Part shown: piece after piece, positions 1 to 15,743 of the stretch
How positions within the stretch are numbered: position 1 is the stretch's first letter
Layout of the letters: every line of letters starts with the position of its first letter
Origin: Octopus vulgaris
Taxonomy: Eukaryota
Reading direction: 5' to 3'
Assembly (NCBI GenBank): GCA_951406725.2
Contig: OX597822.1
Span: 66,526,001-66,590,000, forward strand
DNA: 64,000 nucleotides
Translations under genes and position numbers: made by a program
Notes under the pieces: generated by a model
Database searches by the model: none
Seen by the model: only the letters and a program-made list of their open reading frames with translations
What the model was told of the DNA's origin: nothing

Positions 1-1227
1 AGCAAATGCATTAATTTCGAGTGAATTATCTTTCAAGTTTGGGACATGGACTTGAATATATCTTTAAGGATTCCTGTAGGCCACTTCTTATCTGATTTTT
101 GCTCCTATCCCGAATTTTTATACATACATATGCACATACACATCATGAAATGCAGGCTCTGCTACACCTTGGTAGATACGTTATATCCCGGTGTAGAAAG
201 CTGAGATTTTGCTATTCTGGAACGGAGATAGTTACGAAATACTTCATAAGCGAAATAAAGAATCAAAGTTTACCCCAACCCCGTCACCATCACCACTGCA
301 AAAAAACAATTAATGTCGATTATGCCATGATGTAGGTATTAACTATTTCCTCATCACCTGCTCAAGATTCCTTGCAAAGCAATGCCTTAGATTTAACAAA
401 GGTAAGAAAAGCTCTAGGACTGAACATTTTGACACAAAACGAATGTTGATTCTTTCGAAATGGTAGATACCTCACGCACAATCACCATGCCCCCTAAAAT
501 GACCGTAAAGTCGAACCTTCACTTGCGGCACAACATTGTTGTTAAAACCATCTAGAAGTGCAACATTGAAGGAGGATTATTGTGATAGGCTTAACAAAGA
601 CACACTAAAACAAAATATAACTACAGCTTTAAAAGTGAGGAATATAGGTATGACATTGCAATAAAAATAGCAATACGGTACACATAAAGTATGTCTGATA
701 TCATTCTCTGAGATAGGAGAGAAGTGAGTACAGCAGTATATCTTATTTACACAACGGCAATGAATGCCTCATCTAAACTGGAGAAATTAGGAGCATTTTT
801 ATAAACCTTGGATAGACGTACAGGCATTATATAGGCTAAAGATTGTCGTTTGTACTGCAGTGTGTATAAAAGACGAGATCAGCGAGTATATGTCTAGGAA
901 CCCAAAAACGACCGAGACGTAAATGGATATTTGACAGAGACCGAAACCAGTCTATTTCCCCTTCGGAGTGGCCATGGGGATCTGACTTTCTGCATGTCTA
1001 CACGACTGTCTACCTCACTGCCTCTCTGTCTGTCTGTTTTATAGGATTGTGTAATTGATACATTAAGATTACTTTGAGACTATTTTAACGTCGAAACATC
1101 GAAGTAACCATCAGTAATAGGCTTCAATATGTATACATAATTGCACACACAAGCACTCAATCATACAGACACACATATATACACACACGCATGCACACAC
1201 AAACACAAGCACATGCACACACACACA

Positions 1228-1276
<49 letters not shown>

Positions 1277-1460
1277 TCACTGAAAATGTAATGTACGTAT
1301 GTGTTATTTACTCTATGCAACCATATTCCAAACTATATAAAGTTACCATCAATCTGTTAATAGATTAGTGACTGAGTTAATAGATAAAGCTTCCATTGCT
1401 GAATACAGTATAAGACCACACAAGTCAGACATCAGAATATTTCTGTTTTATCACTCAACA

Positions 1461-1507
<47 letters not shown>

Positions 1508-1534
1508 CAACTTCCTTTCATTTTAATAAAATTC

Positions 1535-2280
1535 AGTCCATAGACGGAAGATGGAAGATACGAGAATATTTATTGTTCACTACAAATGTTTCGAGCCCAC
1601 CTAGAATCGATCCCTCAGGCGCAGAATACTTAACAACTGGTTTATGAGTATCCGTCGGTGTAGATATGGCTCCACAAGTGATTACAAGATGTATCTCGTT
1701 AACATAACGTCTCCGATCCACAAAGAACCAAATACACTATACAGCGAAAAAAAGTATAACTCTTAGTAGATATTTATGCATAAACTACCCCTCTTACGCT
1801 GTATGTCGCAGATACACTCTCTCGTAGAAGCTTACACGAAGATATACCCATAAGCACACACGTGGTTTCACGTATTTACGTTTAGGTATTTAAGGTAAAT
1901 TATGGTTATTAATTTGGGTTAACGATTATTCAAATTAATTCCCACTACATCGTGAGAAATTACATTTATTAGCGTAGAAGTATCTTCACAGTCTTTCAGA
2001 AATTCTATTTATGAACTTCTTCTTGGTCCACAAAATAAGCAGGGATTACTCGGAGACACTCCTGCGTGTCTTATGGATAAAGTTATATCATATTTAATCC
2101 AATTCTCTTTAAGTTGCCACACAAAATCAGCCAAAGATGTCGAATGCCACGAATCAGTCGTTGCTCCAATATAAGCGCACGGTCCTCCCTTTGTGTGTAC
2201 GGTGCCTTTACACACAAGATTGTTACTCATACAGAGGTTCATCAATGGGCATTTTATTTTTCTGTCCATGAGCATTTATG
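1535..2280 (-). mobile_element. Penelope-like element 3' fragment (decayed GIY-YIG endonuclease plus 3' terminal repeat)
   Basis: ORF 2009-2275(-) reads CPLMNLCMSNNLVCKGTV..YIGAT..SLADFVWQLK..YDITLSI..CLFC, matching the PLE GIY-YIG pattern (CPL..C....VY..V..YIG.T..LS.Y.W.LK...C.LC). A decayed CTGAGGG..GAAAC motif lies at about 1580-1625. The end sequence gacggaagatggaa-atacgagaat is shared with 46140-46170. TA microsatellites lie on both sides. Confidence 0.7.
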
Positions 2281-2283
2281 ATG

Positions 2284-2327
<44 letters not shown>

Positions 2328-3162
2328 TATAGCAATTGTTGAATGACAAAAATAAATGTAATAACAGGGCCTCAGTTGCTATGACCGTGCTTAAACTAGA
2401 AGGAATGATGAGAGCCTAACTTGCTTCAAGTTAGTCCCACAGAACCAAAATATACATAGGAGGTGATGTAATTTTATGATTGTTGAGAGCTGTTCCCTGC
2501 CTGATTCCATCTTACATTTTGATCGTTAACATTTTTTTTTACCGTGTTCCTAAGAAATACAATATAACACGTACGCCTGGTTTGATAATCTGTTTATTGT
2601 ATTACGAATGTTATTAAATTCTGAGTTACATAAATGTAGAAACACAACAATGATTTTTCCTTTAGTATCAAGATGTGATTTCAATGTATGTTATTCTTAT
2701 ATTATATTGATATATTTCATAATAGTTATTTAGAGGTTTCCAAGGACCAATTTCCACAAAAGATGAAGGCATTGTTGATGCTGATAATAAAAATGATATA
2801 CACATATAAATATTTAAAAACCTATATATTTATACAAAAGTGTTCACTTCTGAATTTTTTCGGTGTTTGATTTTCTATACATATATCCATGTATATATTA
2901 ACATTTGTATATATATGTAGTTATGTATATGTATGAAAGTATATGTATGCAGGTATAGTGTATGTATGTAGCTATGTATATGTACGTATCAATATATCTA
3001 TCTATCTATCTTTCTATCTATCTATATATCTATCTATCTATCTATCTATCTGTCTGTCTATCAGTCAGTCTAACTATCAATCTATCTACGTATCTATCAG
3101 TCTACCATATTCTCACCCTGTTTTTATGTATGTGTGTGTATGCGTGTTTGTGTGTGTGCGTA

Positions 3163-3806
<644 letters not shown>

Positions 3807-4623
3807 CAATATATTTTTATGTATGTATGTATATAATTATGTATATCAGCCCTCTATTGCTGCAGCATTCATTTTAGGATTCTTGAGTCACAATACATCT
3901 TCAGGTTTACACAGACTGCCTATACATATGGAGACATATAGATAAATCGATAGATAGGTAGATAGATAGATGGATAGATAAATACATAAATACACACATA
4001 CATGCATACATGTAGATGGTTGACTGTGTGGGCTTGTGTGTTTACAGAAATATACGCATATTCACATCTTTATAATATACAAATCCGTATACGTTTACAC
4101 ACACACGCATACAAGACCCACACAAACACACACATATTATATATATCTTAATATTGTATATACTTTAATATATCTTTATCCATCTACCTATTTACGTGTG
4201 TGTGTATATGTGGGTCTGTATGTGTGTATATATGTGTGTGTGTGCGTGTGTGTATACATATCATACTTTAACATTTGATTTATACGCGTACGTGTTTACA
4301 CTGATTTTTTTTTATATGAAAACAATTTCATAATAACTCCTTGCATTTATTCCCTTCTATGCAATATCGGTTAAATTAAATTTCTAATATTTTCTAATTC
4401 TTTAATACTTTAATCTTATTAGAATATTTTTCTTTCTCAGAGCGAACATTCCTCGATCATGTCTAGAAGGGCAGAAGGATTCACAAAGTGTTGTGTACGA
4501 ATGTAGAATTATACTTACATCCAAACAGAAACAGACGAATGTGTTTTTGGTTATATTAACCTATGTATTAATATGTTTGTGTATGTATGTATGTATGTAT
4601 GTATGTATGTATCTATCTATCTA

Positions 4624-4750
<127 letters not shown>

Positions 4751-4938
4751 GAATATATATATGTATGTATGAATGTATATTTATCTATATGTCTGTGTAT
4801 TCATCGATCTCCCTTTTGCAATATATATCACCTTCACGAATACACTCACATATATATGTATATTATAGACACACGCATATATACAGATATGTTTCTGCAT
4901 TTGTGTCCATCGATGCAGAATGTTCTCGCAACAACACA

Positions 4939-5008
<70 letters not shown>

Positions 5009-8000
5009 AATATATGTATGTAGGTATGTATGTATGTATGTATGTATGTATGTATGTATGTATGTATGTATGTATGTATGTATGTATGTATGCATGTATG
5101 TATGATGTATGTATGTATAGTCAATTATTAGAAAGGAGCTGACCATCTAAATAGAAACATTTGTTACAGAATTACAAATACTATCCAATTGTATGCAATA
5201 ATGTTATAGGTGAATGTTCATTTCCAATATTCTCTGTATGTATTGCGGATTTCCTGTGTATCTGAATATGCACATTTTGATCTAAATTTGCTTATATAGG
5301 AAAGTTTTGTCATGAAATATAATTATTTTTCCCTAATGCTATCGTCGATAAAACCTAGTTAGCACTTAACGATATATATGCTTGCATATACGTGTGTGTG
5401 TATGTGCGTATGATTGTGTGTATGTGTTTGCGTGTCCGTATGTGTTCGTAGGTGTTCGTGTAGAGTATATAAACCTGTATCCATATTATTGGAGTATACA
5501 ATTGAGTATGTAAGAATGCTTGTTCAGCTCTTATTCGAATATACCCTCCAACTTCTATTTGTTCAAAAAGGGCTTTTATATTGAAATTTAAAAGCAATAA
5601 GATAGAGACTATTAAACGATTTTCGCAAATTACAATATTTATATCTTGAAATCATAGATAAACTCTTGAAACTGCTTTCACTGTTTCAATATATTTCAAA
5701 ACTATCTTAAGGCAATAAAATCTGTTTTATTAGAAAAATATTTAATAAAATACTAAACACTGGAAATGAATTATTTATTTACATCTAGAATTTCATCTCT
5801 AATATATCAAATATATTAAAAGCAACAGGAGTATTTGTTTTAATAACTGGAAATGAAAATTTTGATTATTTCGCAAAATTTCCAGCTTCAAAATCTGCAG
5901 AATCGTATTTCTATAAATTTGAAAACTAGTCTTATTATAGGGTCTTAATTTGTTTACCAGTGGTAGAGAGAATACTATGATATATTAATGGAATGCATTT
6001 TCTTGCTTTTGTTTGTAAAATGATGCAAGGATATCATTGTAGTTTTATTAACGTACTGAATACAGTAACCCAAGGAACTTTTGGAAATTTTACTGTCGTA
6101 CTGAGGAGCTAAAATTATTAGTTTCATTTATATCTCGGGTCAAGAAAGCACGGTGAACAACACTAAAATTTATTGTAATGGAGGAAGGTTAAAGAGATAG
6201 AAACACAACGTATAGGAATATAACTTAGGGCAACACTGGGCAAATATGTCGTTTTTACATCTTTTACCATATCAGACAATTTTTTTCTCCGCGGTAACTG
6301 CTGAAAATTTGATTCTAGAAGTTGAAATACGTCACAAATGTATTTTAACTAATCTAAGAACACAAATCTTTCGGAAAGGAGTCAGATTTTACTGGTCTGC
6401 TATCACCTCCGAACATGTTTCTGACTTGTTCTTCTACGAGTTATAATCTTAGTGCCAATCATAGACCTATATATATTAGATGAACATGGACATTGCTGCG
6501 GCTTTGTAATTGTTCGGTGATTGACATTATCTTATAGCGCCTGCTACAAGAATTACACCATGGAATGTCATGACACCCATTCAATGCATATATAATTCGT
6601 TCTATTCAGTTTTGGTGTATATTGCTATAATATTAAGCACTACAAATTTTTAAAACATTTCTCTATAAAGTGGTTACTGGAAATTGGTCTCTATATTGGT
6701 CTCTATAAAATTGGTTACTGAAATGAGATTTCAAAAAATCTTCTGGAAATAGCAGCATATGTCTATCAACATATCTAACATACATAAAGTATCTTTAAAC
6801 ATCAATATAATGCAATTAAAATCAATTAAAATTAATATTAAGCTATGGCTTTGATTTCATTGTTAAAATACTGCCGGAGTTTATTTATAATTCTCTTTCA
6901 GCGCGTTTTTTCACAGTTCAGTTTCTGGATATGTTTGATAAACCATTCGTTATACTGTATATTTGCGCGCGCGTGTGTGTACTCCCTCCTACTCCTAAAA
7001 AATATCAGAATTTCATCACACCGCCACACACACTCATTCCTGTTGGCAGCGAATTCAAAGAAAAATTATAAAGTTCAACTTGTTCTTCGTGCAGCTTGAT
7101 TAACCATATTTCAAACCACTAGAGGTAGGTGCGTATCTCTCAACCACAAACATTAAAATGTATTTCATAAAAATATTTTGCGAAGAAGCGACTACTGTTA
7201 ATTGAAAAACGAATGTAGTATAAAGCCGTTCTAAATGGATGCAATATACAGCAAGTTAAAGCCCTAATTGAATGCTGGTACAAGCAGAATATACAGGAAA
7301 TTTAGCCCCTTGCTAAATTCATCAATATCAAGGCTACTATTCATTCTAGATAAAGGCCTCTAGAATATTTTAAATGCATCTATTGAAAGACAAAAGTAGA
7401 TCGCAGATTCACAACGCTATTATAAACTCCTGCATGAACATTTCACTGAGTTCCTAAACGGCCCCACAATGACTTTTTATGAGATTTCAAGTCTTTTCAG
7501 AGTGAAAATGTAAGACTCCCTATCCGTTATAACAGATCTGCCAACTGATTTCTGCTTAGCACATGACTATATCTGTACCAGTTTCTTTATAAATATTTTT
7601 TTGCAAACAATATATATTCGATTATAAGTCAAGTGACGTTATTTAAATGTGTGTATGTATGCATGTATGTATATATGCACGTATGTATATATGCATATAT
7701 ATATATATATGTATATGTATGTATATATATGCATGTATATATCCATGTATGTATGCATGCATTTATATATGTATGTATGCATGTATGTATATATGCATGT
7801 ATGGATGTATGTATGCATGCATGTATATGTGTATGTGAGTGTGTATGTATGCAGAAAAGTAGATAAACAGACAGAGACAGGCAGACAGACAGGCAGACAG
7901 ACAGGTAGTCAGACAGATAGATAGATAGATACATACATACATAGTCACAACTACATGTCAGTTATGTTTTGCTATTCAAATTTCATCTTACCCGACAGAT

Positions 8001-9719
8001 AAATTTCTAGCTTAGATCGAAAACCAGAAATCAATGCTGACTGATATAGCGAGAAACACGGCTGTAGATGAATGTGCTTCGGTCTCAGTGGAGATTTGGT
8101 TTGAATGCGCTTTTTTTCTGGCATTCCACTCAAATGCCATTAGTTTTGACCCTACACCTGTGATCAAAGTAAAACAACTTTCCTAATCCAACACATGCAC
8201 TGATTTATCTCATAAGTTTATGTAAATCAAACTAATTTATTTCCTAACATTTTCATGTTAGTATATTTAGTGAAGCAATGTACGAATTATGTAACTTCCA
8301 ATGCACAAAGAAGAATCAATAATCATTGTTAGCCAGCATGTGACACCATATGACACACTGAACCAATGAACCAACAGTATTCTTAATGTCATATGGTTTG
8401 AATCAATATATTTATATCCCACTAGAGAGATTAGAAATATTTATGCTTTTAATGTTACCATAAAAAAAAACGATATTCTTCATTCTGGCACAAGATATAT
8501 ACATTATGTCAAACCAACAGATTATATCTGGAGTATTTTTGTGGTGTGTTTGATAAATAATAAGATTGACGTGCGTACAACAGTTACATACCCTTGCTCG
8601 CGTATTATATTCCTTGTCATATATATACTGGCACTGCAAAGAAACTCTATGACCTATGTTAAGGCTTAAATAAAAGACATTTCTTTTTTATCTGCTAGAG
8701 ATATTTTTGACAGTATTTTTCTTTGGATAAATTCAATTCGCTAGTCTATAATATATAAATTGCTCGGCGGTGATCATACAACTAATCTGGTTATATCATA
8801 TAGCTTAACTGCAATAAAGTTCTCTTTGAAATGCTCTTTTATTCCAAACGTTTTGGGACTTTAGTTATTTGTTAAATAGGTTCAATAAAATAATATGGCA
8901 CGTCACTCAAAGAATTACATCACAGATTTATCGACTGCCTTACAGATGTGTATCTGTTGCGTCATATCTTTAACGTTTCTATTTTTAGTATGTAGTATAC
9001 TTTGTATGCGGTTATAATTTCACTTCGAAATCAAGTACTTCTGATCGCGATCACAAAGCGCGGCAACTTAGCATCACTTCATCCAATTATGGTGTGCGGT
9101 ACCAGTGAACTGTATCAGCTACTAGCATGACTATGTTTGTCAGGTGCTTATGCGTTTATATCTTTGCTGGTATCCATAGCCACACTACTTTCGACAATTA
9201 AACACCTTTTTATTGTGACCTATTATACACATTTAAGGCTGTATCTGCAGTAGAGAAAAAGAAACTGAAATAAAAATTGCCCATGTTTACATATCTCAGA
9301 CATTGATGTTATGAAAATGTTAAAAAGAAGTATGTTCAAAGAATTCTTTCGTATTTAACAAAATGGTCAACAATATTTTTGTGTGAGATAAATACATATA
9401 CATGTCAATTAATTATTTCATAACAAATTTCATAGCCTAAAGAGAACATCTTTCTCATTACAAGCATGTCTCATATTTTTCAGACTCTTGGTGAATGGGA
9501 AGTGCACAGCGGATCTTAGTTGAGATCTTGACATTAATCTTTTATTGTTTTATCGGTTGCCTCTCTGTATATTAACATATCTTCAACAGCATATTCATTT
9601 TAAAATTACTTTTCAAGTTCGATTTCTATTATAGATCCATATGTAAGAGATGAAGAATTGTGTACATTATTTACATTATTTACATTTGACGGATATTTGT
9701 CCTCATCTTGTCTGTTGTT

Positions 9720-9765
9720 AACACAAGGTTTCGGCTGTTATACCCTCCAGCCTTCATCAGGTGTC
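9720..9765 (-). ncRNA. Minimal type I hammerhead ribozyme (stem III mutated)
   Basis: Minus strand reads GACAC-CUGAUGA-A-GGCUG..CAGCC-GAAA-CCUU-GUGUU. The stem III palindrome AACGUU has become AACCUU. Confidence 0.6.
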
Positions 9766-9837
9766 TTCGGTAAAATTCGAACCTCAGTTTTCATTCCTAA
9801 GCTATTTTTCGCCCAGTTCGATTCCAGACAGTAACTG

Positions 9838-9839
<2 letters not shown>

Positions 9840-9924
<85 letters not shown>

Positions 9925-9955
9925 TAATAATAATGATGATGATGATGATGATAAC
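9840..9955. repeat. (TAA)n/(TGA)n microsatellite internal to the SINE
   Basis: Read directly from the sequence. Confidence 0.95.
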
Positions 9956-10004
9956 ATCGAAAACTACCTTTAGGATTGAGAACCCAGGTTCGAAATTTCC
10001 CCAG

Positions 10005-10050
10005 GACACCTGATGAAGGCTGGAGGATATATCAACCGAAACGTTGTGTT
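10005..10050 (+). ncRNA. Minimal type I hammerhead ribozyme
   Basis: Stem I GACAC/GUGUU; core CUGAUGA (10010-10016); stem II GGCUG..CAACC with one mismatch; GAAA (10038-10041); palindromic stem III AACGUU; putative GUU cleavage triplet. Confidence 0.7.
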
Positions 10051-10482
10051 AACAACAAACAAGATGACAAATATCTATCAAATGTAAATAATCTAAATAA
10101 GATATTTGTTACTTTAAAGTGTAAGTTTGCAATTATGGAAATTCTATATTAATTTTTCCATTCATATACACATGTGTATCTATATGGAGAGAATTCTGCA
10201 TGCTAGCGTAATCAAGGAAAACCACTGCATCCCGGAACCCAGTAGATATATGGAGTGTGCACCGTTTCGAGATGATCTCGACGATTTTAAAACGCACAAG
10301 TCCCTACTCACTGATGTCAGATCCCATGTCCTAGATCAATTGACTAGCATTCGGTCATAAGTTAATTTCTAGATCAATAACTCTCAAACCATGTTTCATC
10401 ACCCATTTTCAAACATAACCAATACCTGCTCCTCAATTATCACCTGGATTTCTTTGAAGGCATCAAGATGACGAACACCAAT

Positions 10483-10556
10483 TCAGGTGTCTCGGGGAAA
10501 TTGCCTTTCGCCCTTTCGAAGTCAATAAAACGAGTTCTATGTTGTTGTTGTTGTTG

Positions 10557-10655
<99 letters not shown>

Positions 10656-10874
10656 TCACTGCCTGGAATCGAACTCGGAATTTTGGGGTTAGTAGCCCCC
10701 ACTTTTAAACACTATGCCATATGCCCGAAATATACCTTAGAAATGAGAACCCAGGTTCGAATTTTCGTGAACCCGAAATGTTGTTTTAACAACAAAGATG
10801 AGGACAAATATCTGTCAAATGTAAATAATAAATATAACGTCAATAATTCCTCATCTCTTAAATATAGAACTGTA
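10483..10874 (-). mobile_element. tRNA-headed hammerhead SINE, copy 2 (head 10651-10726; inverted tail 10727-10874; HHR deleted or truncated)
   Basis: Minus strand head ggcatatggcatagtgtt..gggctactaacccc..gagttcgattccaggcagtgacctga followed by (AAT)n. The tail ..aattcctcatctcttaaatatagaactg is in the opposite orientation. Confidence 0.75.
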
Positions 10875-10949
10875 TTTACAAATATCTTGTAATATTATTA
10901 ATATTATATTTGAATGTTTTCAGCTTGCAAAATCATTATCGCGCCGATA

Positions 10950-11115
10950 AACTGCTTAGAAGTCTTTCTCTCGACGTTATATTCTGAGTTCAAATGCCAT
11001 TGGTGTCGACTTTGCCTTTCGCCCTTTCGAAGTCAATAAAACGAGTACCAGCTGAACACTTGGGTTGATGTAAATGACTTACCTCCTCCTGGACTTGTGC
11101 CAAAATTTGAAACAA
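10950..11115 (+). mobile_element. SINE fragment, family with a Meta-domain-like core
   Basis: ctgagttcaaat..gtcgactttgcctttc..gtcaataaaacgagtacca; recurs many times in the window. Confidence 0.7.
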
Positions 11116-12583
11116 GTATTTCTCGCTACTCACAAAAACAAATCACGCAGCACCGGTTCAATTAGAAATTGTAAATACCTTTCAAGTTTTTCAATCTGTC
11201 AAAGTGAAGGACAGATTCGATGACGCAGTGGCAGATACACTATAGCAAACAAATACACGCCATCACGGCTTTAACCTTTTTGCTTACATATTCAAACAAT
11301 CAGAACAATAACAATAACAATAACAACATCAGTAATGAAATAAGGATCGAAGGAACATAAAACATGAAAGTGTTCAGTTTTTCCTTTCTTTCTTCTCCGT
11401 CTAGTAGGAAACATAAATAAATTATGGAGCACATATATCATTATATTGGAACCGGAATTCAACCAATATTTATTTGTATATACTTTTCGAATGTCGAAAA
11501 TAAATGCCTACAGCAAATATGAAAATATTAAATCTGAATGGAATTGTCCTGTAGACCCATATCAAATTATATCACACGATAATATTAATATAAAACATGA
11601 GATCTTGGCCTTATCTCTGAGTATATCACGCTATGATATTAATATAAAACATGTGTTCCTAACTATTGTATACATAGATGTAAGACATATCTATGTATGT
11701 TTTCAAATTTAATCTAAGTGAATGGATATCTAAGTTACGTGAACTGACGTAAGCACAATACATTATATGCAGGTGCCTTCAGGATTATTTTTTCTGCATA
11801 GTTTATTACATAAAAAAAATACCTTTAGTTATATGTACGTTTCTGTGTTATACTTAAAATATTATTCATAGCTAACTTGTACAGGAAAAAATATTTTGTA
11901 AAAAGTAGCAGCGTTGTGGATTCTTTTGAAAATCTAAACCAAATCAAACGGTTTAGGTCACGGAAGACGGAAAATAATAACACGCACGCACACAGACACA
12001 TACACACATACACAATCACATACACATATATAAAAATCTGCTTCTTTCTCACTACATATATACATACGTAAATACATCACACACACACACAGACACACAT
12101 ATATGTATATATGTGCAACAAAGTGTACATATATGTCTATATATATACAACAAAGTGTGTGCGTACGTGCAAGAGTGTGTATATATATTTTTAGTATATC
12201 AGTTCTTCGTGCAAACATGTATTGGCGCAAAGCCTCTTGTTCTTTTAAGTAGAGATGAATATTTTTTTAATCTTTGTGCGTGACAATAATAACATCAAAT
12301 GTTGCAGAAATAGAAAAATAGGAAATATTGGAGTCAGAAATTTTATATGTAACATTTTCATTTCATTCTAATTGTTCTAAACTGTTTAATATGGAAGAAA
12401 AATTGCATTAGTGAAGAATACAATAATATATCTCATCTGTGCTAGGATTTATCTTATTTTTTCTTCAAATTTCAAGTTAAAAAAATCAAATACAATATAT
12501 TGCAGCGTGCATGATGGGCACAGAATCACATGACTATGTATACAAACATGAGTATATAATTATATATATATATATATACTGAC

Positions 12584-12711
<128 letters not shown>

Positions 12712-12714
12712 GAT

Positions 12715-12855
12715 GTAGCAGGCATGACATTCTGGTAAGAAACCTTGTGATTTCAGGTTCAGTTCCATTGCGTGGCAAATTGGGAGTAACCCCAGGAAAA
12801 CCTATGCCCTGCGAGTCAATGTAGATGATGGAAACTGTACGGAAGCCATTCGCGT
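12715..12855 (+). mobile_element. Diverged OR-like SINE 5' half
   Basis: ggtaagaa..ggttcagttccattgcgtggca..ggaaactgtacggaagcc, homologous to 3163-3300. Confidence 0.55.
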
Positions 12856-12987
12856 GTTTTGAAGAAAGAATAACTACCAAATATCTAAATATTCCCTACT
12901 GACAATTTGTTCGATGTGTCCCTTGAAGCAGCCCCCCCACACACACACACACACATGCAGCTTGTTACCGCCAAGAATTGAAAAGAA

Positions 12988-13032
<45 letters not shown>

Positions 13033-13034
<2 letters not shown>

Positions 13035-13213
13035 CAGTAATAAATCTCTGAGCGAGAAGTAAACTGTAGCAGCAAGGAATCGTAAATAATATTTGCCACC
13101 TAAATGTGGTGCACCCAAAGGGGTTGATGCTACTGTTGTTTATAGCCCCAGGAAGACATCTCTTCCAGTTGGCCAACGAAACGCTGTTTCTGGCCGATTA
13201 GTATTTGCGAAGG

Positions 13214-13249
<36 letters not shown>

Positions 13250-13662
13250 CAGTAATAAATCTCTGAGCGAGAAGTAAACTGTAGCAGCAAGGAATCGTAA
13301 ATAATATTTGCCACCTAAATGTGGTGCACCCATAGGGGATGATGCTACTGTTGTTTATAGCCCCAGGAAGACATCTCCTCCAGTTGGCTAACGAAACGCT
13401 GTTCCAAAATACCATATACTTTTTCCAGTGACAAACTGTCGCTGATCTCAAAAACGGAGAATCTAGCAATAATAAATCTCTGAGCGATTCCGTGCTGCTA
13501 CTGTTTACTCCTCACTCAGATGATTAACTTTCGCAAATACTAATCGGTACACAGGCAGTGTGTTGTTAGCCAGCTATAGGAGATGTCTTCCTTGGGTTAT
13601 AAACAACAGTAGCCTCGTCCCCTATGCGTCTGCCATATTTAGGTGGAAATATACTTCACGAT
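13033..13662. repeat. 184-bp unit: two tandem copies (13033-13216, 13248-13403) and one inverted, circularly permuted copy (13486-13662)
   Basis: Aligned by eye. The tandem copies are separated by (TA)n. A related piece lies at about 61716-61790. Confidence 0.8.
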
Positions 13663-14375
13663 ATGTTAAGATATATATCTCGATGTATGTTTTATTTTTT
13701 AAAATATTTTAGTTTATAAAAGAACGAGTACTCATTATACGGCGTAGATTTTATTGTTTATTTAAAGTCAATTCGTTATTACACTTGATTCTTTAGAAGA
13801 GAATATTTCGGATTGAGGACTTTTCAAATAATCTTTCTTTATAGTGAAATCTAATACTGTATGCTTTGTGTTAGTTTAATCTATTTCTGCGACTATATAT
13901 AGTTAGTTTTAATTAAACATTTTGGTTTATTGTAGTTATAATGAAGCATTTTATTTGGTTGTCATTGTTCTGTTTCCCGGTTCTTTAATTTTATTTTTCA
14001 AAATTTTGCTGCCTTTTATCTATAATTTCTTTGCAGACGATTGTATTTAAATAAATTTTCTATATGAAATTATATGCCGCTACGATACGTTACGCAATTG
14101 ACATAAATAGATTAATCAACTTCCGAACTGCCAAGAAAATGATAAAATACAGTTGAAATGAAAATATGCTTATGAAAACATAAACCAAAGTAGATAGATC
14201 ATTACAATCCGTAGTAATGGACACTTCATACAAAAGATACAAAAGATTCTTATGAAATGAATAAAAGAATACGAGTCGTTTCTCAAATGAAAATTGAATT
14301 GGCATCAAAAACGATATTTCAGTTTAAAATACATTCACACTTCTGTACATTGTATACCTGCATATATGTGTATAT

Positions 14376-14517
<142 letters not shown>

Positions 14518-14784
14518 CATTAGGACTGGTTATACCTGCTACCTAGCCCTCGCGAAAGTAAAGAATAGAGACAGACAGGCATAAAAAAAAAACAAAAGGT
14601 CCCTTGCATGTGAAAACTATGGAAATAGATTTCAAACATTACATTTAATTGAGTTTCATGCTTGAAAAAGTCGCAATGACGGAAACCAGTAGTAAAATGT
14701 TCTTCATGATAAAATTATTTTAGAATTCTCTACCTTGTCTTATTTTCCTTAAACATATCATCTCTTGAGTTCCTTTTCAACCTT

Positions 14785-14832
<48 letters not shown>

Positions 14833-15440
14833 ACACACACATATATATATATATACATACATACACACACACAAACACACACACACACACATATATAATA
14901 AGAAATAAGAACAAGACATCACAAACGAGTGAAAAATACGAAAGCACATAATGAGACATAAGCACGGGACAAAATAGCAAAAAAAGTCTAACCCCACCCC
15001 AGTTGTCAACTCCTTACTCCTCATTTCGAGCTTTACCAACACAGTGGACGTACAGAGTAAGCAATCGTCGAAGACAATCATTGAAGGCCGTTAAGCCAAG
15101 ATGCATTGTAATGGATAATGCGGGAGTGGGGGATTTTGGAAACATAAAGCAATTTCGAGGATAAACTTAAAATACAATTATTTCACGTGCTCACGATATA
15201 TTATGAGTTCCTATCATATCAACAACAGATAAGTCTCTAGGGAAAGAATGGAGGTTCTGAAATTCATAGGAAAACTTCGATATATTACTCTAGTTCAATG
15301 GTAGACCGGCTCTCACGTCTACAGCAGATCTGGGTCCGAGTCATCTTTCGATCCTTTTCTGTCCTAAAAGTTTTTCCACATCCAATTTCCAAAACTGCAA
15401 ACACACACACACACACACATATATACACACACATATATAT

Positions 15441-15572
15441 TTCTATATATAAGAGATGAGAACTTATGTGCATTATTTACATTATTTATATTATTTACGT
15501 TTGACGGATATTCGTCCTCATCTTGTTTGCTGTTAACATGGGTTCTCATTTCTAAGGTATTTTTCGATGTTG

Positions 15573-15631
<59 letters not shown>

Positions 15632-15633
15632 GC

Positions 15634-15691
<58 letters not shown>

Positions 15692-15699
15692 TATTATCA

Positions 15700-15743
<44 letters not shown>

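Larger units (their letters stand above)
9647..10100 (+). mobile_element. tRNA-headed hammerhead SINE, copy 1 (sense 9810-10100, preceded by an inverted copy of its 3' part at 9647-9810)
   Basis: B-box gttcgattcc, then (TAA)n, then a body containing an HHR. 9647-9810 is the reverse complement of the 3' part of the element. Confidence 0.75.

Noticed and set aside
4441-4506. Strong acceptor followed by SEHSSIMSRRAEGFTKCCVRM* (CAAX-like end)
   Set aside because: No linked exons, Arg at the a2 position makes a poor CAAX, and such sites arise by chance in AT-rich DNA.
14655-14700. Hammerhead-like traces here and at about 18320-18370 and 49055-49097
   Set aside because: The core nucleotides are too degenerate to call without a family consensus.
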